DNA of 64,000 nucleotides. Source: Octopus sinensis. Taxonomy: Eukaryota. A program made the position numbers and the translations under genes. Shown here in pieces: positions 13,118-26,559 of the stretch; the first letter of the stretch is position 1, and the number at the start of each line of letters is the position of its first letter. Location of the stretch: contig NC_042998.1 in the NCBI RefSeq assembly GCF_006345805.1, forward strand, positions 24,552,001-24,616,000, read 5' to 3'. The notes below the pieces were generated by a model that saw only the letters and a program-made list of their open reading frames with translations, was not told where the DNA came from and did not search any database.

Positions 13118-13335
13118 TCTCTCTTTTCTCTTTTACTTGTTTCAGTCATTTGATTGCTGTCATGCTGGAGCACTGCCTTTAGTCGAGCAAATTGACCCCA
13201 GGACTTATTCTTTGGAAGCCTAGTACTTATTCTATCTGTCTCTCTTGCTGAACCGCTAAGTTACGAGGATGTAAACACACCACCATCAGTTGTCAAACGA
13301 TGTTGGTGGGGGGACAAAGAGACTCACAAACATAT

Positions 13336-13382
<47 letters not shown>

Positions 13383-13517
13383 TACAACGGGCTTCTTTCA
13401 GTTTCCGTCTACCAAATCCACTCACAAGGCTTTGGTCGGCCTGAGGCTATAGTAAAAGACACTTGCCCAAGGTGCCATGTGGTTGGTAAGCAAGCTGCTT
13501 ACCACACAGCTACTCCT
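13118..13517 (-). mobile_element. SINE family B
   Basis: Reverse complement of 10578-10985 with small deletion. Confidence 0.85.
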
Positions 13518-14084
13518 GTGGTTGTCTGGAAAGTTTGTGCCAACTTATAGTAGCTTACCTTTCAACTTATTTTAGAACATGGTTGAGTCCATAAAATAGG
13601 ATTTGACTACACCTCCATTTAGAGCACAGTTTAAGCTATCTTTTCGTGGAAGACGGTTTATGTTCCTATAACCTGTGTTAATTCTCAAACCCTTTAATTT
13701 GGAAGATAAGAAAGTTCATTTTCGGCACTTGATGCTTTGGGAACCAGACAAAAATTGCTACAGCTCAGCTGGGATGTGTTACCCCACCCTCCATATTCAC
13801 TAGATATTGCTCCTTTGGATTTCCACTTATTCAGGTCTCGGCAGAATAGTCTTAATGGTAAAAATTTCAATTCCTTGGATGACGTAAAAAGATACGTTGA
13901 TGAATTCTTTGCCATGAAACGACCTCAATTCTGGGAAGAGGGTATTTTCAAGTTAAAGGAAAGATGGAGATTCATTGTGCAACAAAATGGTTCATATTTG
14001 GTTGATTAAAAATGTAATGGCAAGTATTTACTGACCTTTTTCTTTCCTTTAAAAATCGGCATGAACTTTCTGGACAACCCAATA
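13518..14084 (+). mobile_element. non-autonomous mariner (internal deletion), copy 1
   Basis: TIRs GGTTGTCTGGAAAGTT / AACTTTCTGGACAACCCAATA; EDKKVHFRHLMLW fused to WDVLPHPPYSLDIAPLDFHLFRS (YSPDLAP motif). Confidence 0.95.
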
Positions 14085-16264
14085 GATGCCTGGTAATACG
14101 AAACCTCTTAGCATCTAAATTCTTGCAATAAGTCAGCAGAAGCAGAAGTTCCACACTGTAAAAGAGGCAGTACATTAGCTAACAACACTCCTGACTTTGA
14201 TGAGGTTGAGCTAGTCTGCAAATTTTGATAACAATTTTCAAATAAACAAATAAACTGCGAAGGATTTACATGTAAATATGAAAATCTCTTACAAAAAAAT
14301 CTCTACTGATACAACACACTTAACGAAGGCTTTGAACGGGTAGTATCACTAGGTAAAATGCTTAGTGGTATTTCATCTGTCTTTGTGTTCTGAGTTCAAA
14401 TTCTGCCAAGGTCGACTTTGCCTTTTATCCTTTCAGGGTTGATAAACTAAGTACCAGTTGCATACTGGGTTCAATGTAATCGATATCCGTGATAACCAAG
14501 GGATTACTATTTATGATTTCCAAGGATTAAGTACTTTTAGTTTCTCCTTATTTTAGCTTTCACTTTAAAAAACAAAATCATCTACTTTCCTTGTGGTTTT
14601 ATTCCTTTCCAAAAGCAGAATAATGGTTCTATTATTATCTGGCAATTCATTTTTTGTCTTTGTGTGTGTTCACATTTTTATATTTTTATTTCTTATCTGC
14701 TTTTATTTTTAAAACATTTTTTGCACATGTTTGAAATTTAATGAAGACCTGTCCATTTATTTTCTTTCAAACTCTCTGTTTTATCATTAATTCTCAAAAT
14801 TCCTGTGGAAGCCTTCATTCAAACTTTTAAATCTTGGCACCATGTTTAATATTTCTTGTCTGTTGATCAGCCTTTTTTTGTTTCTTCAAAATATTTTCCA
14901 CACTCTTCTTTTCCAAAATCTGCAATGTTCATATTTCTTTATTTTGGAAAGACTGGTTCATGCAAAAGATGTAATTTTTACAGTAATTTGACTGCTATTT
15001 TTACCAGAGCGAGCAACCATTTAGAGACTCCCTCGTTGGTTTGAGTGAATGCACAGTTTCTGCCTACCGAATCCACTTACAAGGTTCAAGGTTATAGAAG
15101 AAGACACTTTCCGTGAGACTGAACCTAGAACCATGTGGTTGGGGAGCAAACTTCTTACTCCAAAGCCATACCTGTACCTACATGCACGTTTTGAATTCCC
15201 CTTGACAAAACATTCTTCATTCACATCCCAGCGATGTTAGTACGACTATGTGAATTGGCTTTCCGAAATAAAATTTCTCAACTAAAGGCGGTGCTCTAGC
15301 ATGTCCGCAGTCAAATGACTGAAACAAATAAAAGGATAAAAGAATAAAACAATATTGTATTTGATAACTTTCAAAATATTCATACTTTAAGAAAAACTAA
15401 AGCTATAAGTGGTACCACAATGAAATACACTTCCCCCTGTCTGCCTACCCAGGTGAACTAATGACACACAAGTAACTAATCAAATATTATCTTCATAGTA
15501 ATTAAAACTTGAACAAGAATAAACTGAAATTTATTGTTATTCTTCATATTTTAACTCTTCTCAGACCCACATGCTTTCACTTCAGAAACGAATGCCAAAA
15601 TTATGTCAGAACAGAATAAATATACATTTTTTAAATGCAGTTAATTAAATATTTTTCTGTCAGGTATCTTACACAAGCTGTGTATGTGTGTGTAAAAGAG
15701 CAGTGATAAGATTGTAATCTACATAAGTGCAGGAGTGGCTGTGTGGTAAGAGGTTTGCTTCCGAACCACATGGTTCCTGGTTCAGTCCCACTGTGTGTCA
15801 CCTTGGGCATGTGTTTTCTACTATAGCCTCAGGCTGACCAAAGCCTTGTGAGTGGATTTGGTAGGTAGAAACTGAAAGAAGCCCATTGAATATATATATA
15901 TATATATATACATGCACCAGGCCCCAATCTTGTCTGGCAGCTCAATGCCATTCCTAACACCAACCACTGCAGGAGTGTAGTGGGTGCTTTTTACGTGCTA
16001 CCAGCACAGGGACCAGAGGAGCTGGCATCGACTATCATTGGATGGTGCTTTTTACATGCCACTGGCACAAAAGCGGTGCTGGCATTGACCACGTTTGGAT
16101 GGTATATATATATAAATATATATATACATATATATATACATATACATATATATATACACACACACACGCATATATATATATATATATTCAAAATGTGACC
16201 GCATGTGTACCGTTGGCGATTTTTTTCCTCTGTCTTCCCTTCTCTGGATCTTTCCTTCTCCTAT

Positions 16265-16299
16265 GTTTCTGATGAAGAGCTCTGCTTGAAACATTAAAC
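16265..16299 (+). ncRNA. minimal type I hammerhead ribozyme
   Basis: gttt-CTGATGA-a-gagc-tct-gctt-GAAA-ca-TT-aaac; inside a ~210-bp (TA)-flanked insertion 16190-16400. Confidence 0.7.
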
Positions 16300-16459
16300 C
16301 CTCCTTCTTTCCTTCTTTCCTGAGCATCCAATAATACTATATTTGTTCCATGTCCTCACGTTGTTGTGTTTTTTCGTGTTTTCTTGTTTGGCTTAACTAT
16401 ATATATCTATATATATATGTATGTAGAAGGTTGAAAAGGAACACACGAGTTGATATGTA

Positions 16460-16832
16460 TAAGGAAAATAAAGCAAGGAAAAAATGCTAAAATAATTTTA
16501 TCACGAAGACCATTTTAGTACCAGATTCAATCATTGCACAGATCCCAGATCAAAATTAAAAAAAAAAGAAACGGAAAAATAGTATTCAGCGAACACTTTG
16601 AGATTTGCGCCAACAATAAACAACCAAGCTTCAGAATCTGCCCCCTCTATCAATACAGGGATGATACAACCTGGTTGTTTGTTGTTGGAGCAAATGTCGA
16701 TGTGTTTGCTGAATGCTATTTTTTTGATTTTCGGAATTTTGATCTGGGATCTGTGCAATGACTGAAACCGGTACTAAAATGGTCTTCATGATAAAATTAT
16801 TTTAGCATTTTCTACCTTGTCTTATTTTCTTT
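16460..16832. mobile_element. Penelope-like GIY-YIG C-terminal fragment as inverted pair
   Basis: Both strands translate HRSQIKI..FSEH.(E/D)IC.NNKQP, resembling the PLE endonuclease C-terminus; ~170-bp imperfect arms. Confidence 0.65.
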
Positions 16833-18161
16833 GTGCGTGTGTGTGTGCGTGTGTTTGTGTGTCTGTGCTTGTACCCCCAACATTGCTTGACAACCCATGC
16901 TGGTGTGTTTATGTCCCTGTAACTTAGTGGTTTAGCAAAAGGAACTGATAGAATAAGTACTAGGCTTACAAAGAATAAGTCCTGTGGTTGATTTGCTCAA
17001 CTAAAGGCAGTGCTCCAGCATGGCCACAGTCAAATGACTGAAACAAGTAAAAGAATAAAAGATTTTAAAAGGATATTGTATTTGATAACTTTCAAAATAT
17101 TCATACTTTAAGGAAAACTAAAATATTTGATATTGCTATATTTTGGGACGGTCATTTTTTTCTTTTACCAAATAAACACACGCACTATATATTTGTTCTT
17201 CACTCATTTATTACTGTTCTTATTTTATTATTTTAAAAATTGCTTTCATAAATCTTTTATGGAAACAATTCATCTTTGTTAATAAAATACCTCCGGGGAA
17301 ACATTCTGCTTACAAGACATGAATACAGTAGGGAGTCACATGAATGATGTATAATAAGATGAAAAACCTTCAATCAAACGAGCTTCTCCAAGCAATTAAA
17401 AGTATTTCTTTTCTTATTGCTAACATTTATAATCAGTATTTTCGCTACATTCTCTCTATTTCTAGATTTACTCTTTTACTTGCTTCAAACTGCGGCCATG
17501 CTGGAGCACCACCTTTTATTTGAAGAAATTGACCCCAGGACTTACTCTTTGTAAGCTTTGTAAGCCCATTGCCCGGAAATCTTTTGTCACACATCTGTGA
17601 CCTCTTCAGTGACACTTTTCAGAGAATGGAGTAAGTGAAGCAAGAACACACATGAAGATGGAAAGTGTCCCTGTAGAGGTCACAGATTTGTGATGAAGGA
17701 TTTCCAGACAATGGACATGGAGTTAAAATAATAAAATAAGAACAGTAATAAACGCGTGTTTATTTGGCAAAGCAAAACAAAAATATGTCCATCCCGAAAT
17801 ACAACAATATCTTTTTCAGCATACAATTTCACATCAGGAATCTTGCAAAATGAATTGATAAATGTAATAAAATACTTGCAATATATATAATATATATTAG
17901 TCAAATTGTTATATTTATATATTTAGTCGTTGACTATTTTCTCTTTTCCACTAGGCCGCTGGTAGCGATAAATTTCTATTGAATTTTTTGCTACCCTAAA
18001 TTGACTAATTGATAATTTTCTGAATAATTCTGAGATTGAATCGGCAGTTTATATTTACTGCTGATAAGTTTGGCGCGAATACGTCAGTCTTGAAAATTTT
18101 AAGACAGATATTCCGTAGGCATCGATACAGACGCCTCGTGTATATTTGTCTCTCCCAGGTT

Positions 18162-18259
18162 TTTTACTGATGAAGTGTAACCTATGGTAGATTAGCTTAA
18201 TTTAATTTAATTAAGCTAATTTCATCATTAATGACACAGAAACGTTGCAACGTCTAAAA
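18162..18259 (+). ncRNA. type I hammerhead ribozyme with extended stem II
   Basis: tttta-CTGATGA-[gtgt..long hairpin..acac]-GAAA-cgttgcaacg-TC-taaaa; all core nucleotides, GUC site, stems I and III paired. Confidence 0.85.
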
Positions 18260-18612
18260 GATGAATTAGGGTAAATGTTTTTAAATTTTCACCTAATTTC
18301 TGAATTACTACTACTTGGCGGTGTGAGTTATGGCTGCTCTTTCTGGTGGACGAATGACCTGTTAGGGTCACTCCTAAATTGTTATATAATATATATTATA
18401 TAGAGGGCATTAGTACACATAAATATTATTTATTTTAGTAGTTTTGACTTTAAGAGTCCCTCCTAGCGTGTGGCATTTATGTCTAATAATGCCCTCTATA
18501 TAATATAAATAAATATATTTAAGTGAAAAAATTTACAGATTTTTTCTCTTATGAGGTTTTTCATGCTAACTACTTGATAATTTCTTATGAAGATTTTATC
18601 CTATTTTTAAAT

Positions 18613-18659
<47 letters not shown>

Positions 18660-18672
<13 letters not shown>

Positions 18673-18873
18673 TGTGTTTGTCCCCCCCAACATTGCTTTA
18701 TAACCGATGCTGGTGTGTTTATGTTCCCGTAACTTAGCAGTTTGGCAAAAGAGACTGATAGAATAAGTACTAGGCTTCCAAAGAATAAGTCCTGGGGGTC
18801 GATTTGCTCGACTAAAGGCAGTGCTCCAGCATGGCCACAGTCAAATGACTGAAACAAGTAAAAAAGTAAAAGA
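18660..18873 (+). mobile_element. SINE family B, 3' half
   Basis: Matches family B tail. Confidence 0.85.
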
Positions 18874-19035
18874 GATAAATAGGCTGGTAATTTGAACTCA
18901 AAGCCCTGAGTTACAATTTTACTTCTGCCACATCAGAGTTGCTATGGCAACATGAGTAAACAACTCTTCACATCACAGTCACAATCTGGCATCGCTAAAT
19001 GTCCCTCAGTTCCCAATAGCTGATGCTAGTATCCT

Positions 19036-19365
19036 CTGACTGGCTCTTGTGCCAGTGGCACGTAAAAAGCACCATCCGAATGTGGCCGATGCCGGTACCT
19101 CTTGACTGGCCCCCGTGCCGGTGGCACGTAAAAGGTACTATTCAAACGTGGTCGATGGCAAGCCTGTCCTAACTGGCTCCCGTGCCAGTGGTACATAAAA
19201 AGCACCCACTACACTCTTGGAGTGGTTGGCATTAGGAAGGGCACCCAGCTGTAGAAAGTTTGCCAGATCAGATTAGAGCCTGGTGCAGCCGCTGGCTTTC
19301 CAGACCTCAGTCAAACTGCCCAACCCATTCCAGCATGGAAAACAGACATTAAACGATGATGATGA
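19036..19365 (+). mobile_element. SINE family C with internal ~60-bp tandem repeats
   Basis: Three CTGACTGGCTC..GTGCCAGTGGCACGTAAAAAGCACC units, then conserved body and (GAT)n tail. Confidence 0.8.
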
Positions 19366-19380
19366 TCTGAACTATCCAAT

Positions 19381-19720
19381 GTGTGTGCATACACACACAC
19401 ACACATACATATTGATGAAAGATATCCACATAGATACACACACACTGACACACACACACACACATACACACACACACACATACACACACATATTGATGAA
19501 ACATATCCACTTACTCACACATATGCAGACACACACACACACACACATATACACATGCACACACACATTGATGAAAGATATCCACACAGATACTCTCTCT
19601 CTCACAGACACACACACACATTGGTGAAAGATATCCACATAAATACTCTCTCTCACACATGCACACACACACACACATACACACTCACACAAACACGCAC
19701 GCATACACACTCACATGGAT
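19381..19720. repeat. minisatellite: ATTGATGAAAGATATCCAC plus (CA)n, four units
   Basis: Motif at ~19411, 19492, 19567, 19620. Confidence 0.85.
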
Positions 19721-22700
19721 ATGTATATGCAAAATAAATAAATAAATTTTTAAAATGTAGCAGAGGGGTTATGGTTGATGTTGGGTGGATTGGCAGAAAT
19801 TGTTAGAGCATTGGATGAGATGCCTTAGGGTATCTGTGATGAGGTGTTGTGCATTCAGGGATCAAATTCCACTCCATCACCAAATAGCAACATTTCTGTC
19901 AAGAGTTCTCAGCCAACATATCGTACCACTGCCTGGAAACACCAATGGAAAGATAGTTTTCTTTATTCTGTTGGAAGTCCATCTGCCACACCACACACAC
20001 ACACACATACACACGTGTGTGTGTGTTTTGGTGGTGTGTAACAGCAAAGGAACTAAACATTGACGAGAAAAACAAAACAACAGTTCTCAGATGAATTCCC
20101 TTAAATAATTTGTTCTACACCAAATTATAGACATTCCTTTGTTATTGCCACTGTCAGAAATACTATGAATCAATTATTGGTCTGTTGGAAACCTGTAACC
20201 AATGAAGCTATTGTGCACAAATTGCTTTATAAAATAAATAAATGAGATTGTATGCCAGTTGAGAGTATATTTCACATTGGAACCATTCTGCTTCATTTTC
20301 ACAGATAATGCTTTTGGAGAGGTATGAACATTGCAATATCCCATGTAATCTTCTTTGCAAATATAGTATCCTTGTATCTATTCAAATGAAACCAATATCA
20401 CGTTCTGAAATTATTGTACTCGTAAATTACATAACTCTTTTATAATATATATTTGTAACCATCCAAGTTGCTGCAAGTCAATCAAATATATCACTTTTCT
20501 AAAGCAGAGAAAGTTTTAGTTGCTATGGATGTGTGTCTGTAACAAACTCAGAAAATGGTTAATCAATAAAATTCTGAAAATTATCATGACACATATTTCA
20601 ATACACTGAAAATGCTTAGAAACAAAAGCAACTCTTCATTTCTTTAATGTACTTTTATAGATTCTATCTATGAAACCTTTGCATTTAATAATGTTTTTCT
20701 CAGTCACTACGATGTTAGTCAAAGTTTTGATGATCTTCTACCAGATATTATTGCTACCTATAATCAATATTTATGGAGCAATTTGTTTTTCGTCTTATTC
20801 TATTTTGTTTTAAGCTTCCATTTTTAGAGCTAAACTAAATTTTTAATGATTAGCTAGGCCCTTTGAACTCGGAACAGTCTTACTCTGAAAAAATATTTTA
20901 TTGGCTAAAAAAACAAGTTTTAAGTGTCATGTTTATAATAGCAAAATATTAACAATTGATTTCATAATTAACACATTACTGAAGAAAAAATTATTCTTGG
21001 AGTGTAACCATATGACTGAGAACACAGATTTATCTCATTCTATCCACACTTTAGTATTGGTTTTGATTAGCTGACCTCCACATAAAAAGAGGAGGTTCTA
21101 AAGCAAATAAAATAACCAAAACATGTAGGTTTATAATAGGATGATATAAATCGTTATGAAGACAGCTGGTAAATTTTTTTTTGCAAAAAGCGGAAACTAA
21201 AAATGATTAGCTTTACACAGAAGGACTTTCACTCAAGCTTATGTTCAGAATGGAAATTGAGTTGTGCATACTAATATCCCTTTTGCGTTTGAATGTTATT
21301 CCATAATGCTACACTGAATTACTAGTAAGTTATAAATACTACACTAGCATGCTTCTAGTTCAGGAATAATTGCTGTCCTGATCCGCATAGATCGTGAATT
21401 CATTCTGTGTTAAATTGCAATAGCAACAGCAGCCGCTAAATGTGTTATCAGGAATAAGTCATTGGATATTAAGGTTACTATAAATCACTGAGCCAGAGGT
21501 TTGGAAACATATATTAGTCTATATGGGGAATAAGTGGCCTTTGATGTAGACTGAATTGACTGTAAATGTAAATATATTTGTTTTTTAATTTGAGATTGAT
21601 TTCTACAGAGGCTTTTTATTTGTTATTTTTTAATTTCCTTGTTTGATATCATTGCAAAGGTTTAAAATCATAAATCATTTTGCCTTCCTTTGTGCTGCAA
21701 TGATTTTTTTAACATTGTTTATTTATTTTTCAATTTTGATATATATTTAAAAACTGGTAGTTATATAGGGTTCATATTTTCATTTAGCTAACAGGAAAAA
21801 TGATAAAAATTGCTTTCATAAATCTTTTATGGAAACAATTCATCTTTGTTAATAAAACACCTCCGGGAAAACATTCTGCTTGCAAGACATGAATACAGTA
21901 GGGAGTCACATGAATGATGTATAATAAGATGAAAAACCTTCAATCAAATGAGCTTCTCCAAGCAATTAAAAGTATTTCTTTTCTTATTGCCAACATTTAT
22001 AATCAGTATTTTCGCTACATTCTCTCTATTTCTAGATTTACTCTTTTACTTGCTTCAAACTGCGGCCATACTGGAGCACCACCTTTTAGCTGAAGAAATT
22101 GACCCCAGGACTTATTCTTTGCAAGCTTGGTACTTATTCTATCGGTTTCTTTTGCTGAACTGCTAAGTTACAGGGACATAAGCACACCAACATTGGTTGT
22201 CAAGCAACAGTGAGGCACAAACACAGACACAAAGCACAAAGACATGCACACACAAATAAATAAATACATGCATACATACATATATATATATATATATTAC
22301 ATATATATATATAGCTGTTTTCTCGATAGCGCATATTGTCATGAAATGCTCGAAATGTGGAGTAGATAAACAGCCAACAACTGATGAATTGTCGTTTTTT
22401 TATGTTACTTGTCTTGTTTTTCAATTGTTTCTCTTGTTGTTCACAAAAAAAACGTTTGTCTTCGTATTTCATGTTGTTTTCATATTTCATATTGCTTACA
22501 TTTGGTGACATCCTGTAATCCTGTACCCATATATGCATATATATATACATACACTGGCAAAAATAAATTTAAGACCGATGATAAAAGTTCTATTTCTTAC
22601 AAAATATTTTGTTACTAACACCATACAAATTATCTTTATCTTTTACACCTTATGCAGAATTTATTTCTGTTTCGAATGATGCAGACAATAACTATTTTTA

Positions 22701-23251
22701 TGCAACTTGAAGAATTCTAATGCTAAATTAATATAAACATTTCAAATTTACTGGCAAAATTAGTTTAAGACCATGTAATATGTATGCAAATTTTTTTGCC
22801 AAAATGGGTGGTCACACAACTAGCTTAACTACACTATATAGTGTTATAATTTAACGTTATTATACAATTGATTAATAATGGGAAAACAACGTAGCCTCAG
22901 TCCAGTCATGAGAGCAAAAATTGTATCACTCCACCAGCAAAATGTTTCCTTTTCGAACATCAGCAAGCTACTAAAGTACAGTAAAACAGCTTGTGTGCAA
23001 GCATGGAAGTTATACTGGGAAACTGGTTAATATAAAGATTGGCAAAGGACTTTTTCTCTCTCCCTTTTTCTCTTTCTCAGTCCTTTCTGTCAAAGAGCAT
23101 AGGCCCGAAATGTCAAAGACTTTTTCATTCTTCCTGAGTGTCAAACTAATAAACCTGTTTGTTGTTTCCTCATCTATCTTCATCTTTTGTTTTCTGTAAA
23201 TTCGAACTATTTATTCAATATGCTTCTACATATGACTGAAACAAGTAAAAG

Positions 23252-23296
<45 letters not shown>

Positions 23297-23490
23297 TTTA
23301 TTTAAAGCAGCAGAAAATTCAACAAAACCTGTTACTCTGAGTTTCCCGTCTCCGACGAACGGAGACGGGAAACTCAGAGTAACAGGTTTTGTTGAATTTT
23401 CTGCTGCTTAAATAAAGCATATTACTCTACCACTGGTATTTGAGTACTCTTTTTTCCACCTTGTTTCACATTTATGTGTTTACTCCGGTG
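23297..23490. mobile_element. (TA)-embedded foldback insertion (palindrome 23297-23418 plus unique tail)
   Basis: ~58-bp near-perfect arms around ACGAA loop; flanked by (TA)n on both sides. Confidence 0.75.
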
Positions 23491-23494
23491 TATA

Positions 23495-23526
<32 letters not shown>

Positions 23527-23529
<3 letters not shown>

Positions 23530-23757
23530 TGAGTTAACCCATGAATAATGCGGTATGTTTTATACTTCTTTCATTTTTCAGACTTAAGATAAACAAAGTT
23601 CTTTTTTAATCTAAGATATACTCTCCATCATTTTCTACAATGCTCTTCCATCTTCCAGGTAGACTTGCAAGGCCCCTCTTCCAAAATTCACTTCTCCTTG
23701 CCAAAAAATACGCCTCCAGTACTGTTCTCACCTCGTCTACAGAATTCATATATTTTC
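23527..23757 (-). mobile_element. mariner transposase 3' fragment and TIR
   Basis: Minus translates MNSVDEVRTVLEAYFLARRSEFWKRGLASLPGRWKSIVENDGEYILD*; ends at TA. Confidence 0.8.
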
Positions 23758-24727
23758 AACAGCTACTGCAACATGGTATAGCTTATTGCTTGTAATAATG
23801 ACAGCAGTTGTTAGCTCAGCTCCTCCCATGGAAGAAATTCTCAGAAACATGTTATCTTATGGGAATTTTGTCTCTTATCTGCCTATTGCATTGGAAAATG
23901 GAGATATGTACTAGCCCTTTACATTGTTGTAATTCGGTAAATGTTAACTTTATCCATGCTTATAAATAGACCATTAATGAGATGATGAATATTTATATAG
24001 TGTATCGCTGCAACGCCAGACAGTGACATTGTGAATTACTTACTAAATTAAGCCAGCGCCGAAACCTAATTTTCATTATAATCTACTGCCTTCTGCATCA
24101 TTTCAAGTAATAAATCTTTCCAACCTGGTTGTTGTATCTTATGAATAAATTCTCATTGCTTTATGCATGACATATCTCAGGATAAATAAATTCAAATTAC
24201 AACAGGTGTTAATGAATGTTTCAATAGACTTTCAGAAATCATATTGTTTTTATAGTTTGGCATGAAAACAACAACAGCAGCAACAACAACAATAACAACA
24301 ACATCAGCAGCAACAACAACAACAACAACTGCAAAAATTTCAGAAAGTAATCTATTTGTCAATAAAACTTGTCAATTTTCTATAATTGGACACTGAATTT
24401 GTTTAAGTTTTAAGAAGCAAACAAATAAATTAACAGTCTTCACTTTGTTCCTAAATTTCAGATAAAGTAACTCATGCATGAATAATTTGAACCATGAATC
24501 CGTAAACAGTTAAAAGCTTTGGCATCAGAGAATGTCATTTACACAATATGCAAATTTAAGTCTAATACTGCAAAGTATAGTTTTACTTCAAATAATTCCT
24601 GAAAGTGGCATTTAATTTATTTTCTTGCATGTATCAGTACTGCTTGCTTGTGAATATGGTACTTTGTAAAAAAAAAAAAAAAAAAATGAAATTAAAAAAA
24701 TAATAAAATGAGAAAAAATAAAAAGAG

Positions 24728-24787
<60 letters not shown>

Positions 24788-24801
24788 TAATAATAATAAT
24801 A

Positions 24802-24839
<38 letters not shown>

Positions 24840-24937
24840 GTAAAACTCAAACAAGCTATCAAAAAAATATCTGAGACAAATGATGGAATTCTATCAGAAT
24901 ACTAGAAAAGAAGCGAAATTTAATGGCTCAATTATAA

Positions 24938-24975
<38 letters not shown>

Positions 24976-25047
24976 TAATAATAATAATAATAATAAAAAT
25001 AATAATAAATAATAATAATGATAATAAATAATAATAATGATAATAAT
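24728..25047. repeat. (TAA)n microsatellites
   Basis: Direct reading. Confidence 0.95.
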
Positions 25048-25416
25048 TCAACAGATATGTGTGCGAACTTGAGGCGGTTTTATTTTTAGAATACTGTTGG
25101 CAATTATGTAAACCGTGACTCTGGTTATTTGTATCGTTTTTACATATCCTGACGGCAATATAATAGGTTTCGTTACAACTGTATCATTGCTGTTTTCAGT
25201 GTTATTGCTGTTTTGTTACCTCCATGCAATCGTTTCACTGGAGATATTACAGTGGGCATAAAAAACACTCGGATTATTAAAACCAAGACTCCATGTTGTC
25301 AAAATGGTAAGATTTGCATGTTGTGCTTACTTCTGAAATAACCTCTGCTTCTTTTGACCTTACTATGAATCAGTCCTTTACTGCAGCATCATCAACTACT
25401 ACTGCTGCTGCTGCTG

Positions 25417-25459
<43 letters not shown>

Positions 25460-26419
25460 GATGATGACGCCGACAACAATGACAGCAATGATGACAACGA
25501 CCACCACCACCACCATCACTACCACCATCACCACCAACACTACCACCACCACCATCTCCACTGCCACTACCGTCACCATCATCACCACCACTACCACCAC
25601 CATCACCACCATCATCACCAGCCGTTCAAGACCTGGAGATCTCCATTTCTAGCGACTTCGAGGTCCATCTCCCAGTGGTGTCGGGTGTCAACGAAGAGCC
25701 CTGGACTACAAGACAACCAAAGTTTTTTGTTTTTCCAAGGTCTGGGGTCTCCTGCTCCTAAGCCCTAGACCATCACCTAATCACCCTTACCCGTCTTGTT
25801 GCTTCACAACAACAACAACAACCACCACCACCACCACCGCTGCCACTGCCACCACCACCACCACCACTGCCACAACTACTGCCACCACCATATGGTCAGT
25901 CTGTACATAAAACAGGTATTATATTTGGGCCGGATATCATCATCATCATCATCATGTCCACCATCATTTAACATCCATAGTCCATGCTGGCATGGGTTGG
26001 ATGGTTTCACTGGGACTGGTAAGCTGGAAGGCTGTGCCAGGCCCCAGTCTGATTTGGCATGGTTTTCTATGGCTGGGTGCCCTTCCTAATGCCAACCACT
26101 GTGAGAGTGTAATGGGTGCTTTATGTGCCACCAGCATGAGTGCCATTTGCATGACACCAGTGTCTGCCACATCTGCGATTTTGCTCAGCTTGATGGGTCT
26201 TCTTCTCAAGCCTGATGTAATGCCAAAGGTCTTGGCCATTGCCTTCATGAGGCCCAACACTTGATATGATTAAATGATATTGTGGAATATTATTAAATAA
26301 TATTTTGTTCTGTAATTAAAGGATGTATTAAAAATTTAATTATTTGTAATGTTAATGATTCAATCTTTATTTTACATAAATAAATGCATTACATGGTAAT
26401 TAGTGAAACTACCATTATG

Positions 26420-26527
26420 TTGATGATGACCACAACTGATGTGGTCATCATCATCATCATCATCATTACCATTGTCAGCATCAGCATCGTTATCATCATT
26501 GTCGTCATCTTCATCACCACCACCACC

Positions 26528-26559
<32 letters not shown>

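Larger units (their letters stand above)
15726..17061 (+). mobile_element. SINE family B split by ~950 bp of nested insertions
   Basis: 5' half 15726-15890 and 3' half 16850-17061; SINE C fragment, hammerhead element and Penelope palindrome lie in between. Confidence 0.75.

Noticed and set aside
13737-14009. SETMAR-like host gene
   Set aside because: Lies within TIR-bounded, deleted mariner present twice; not a domesticated gene
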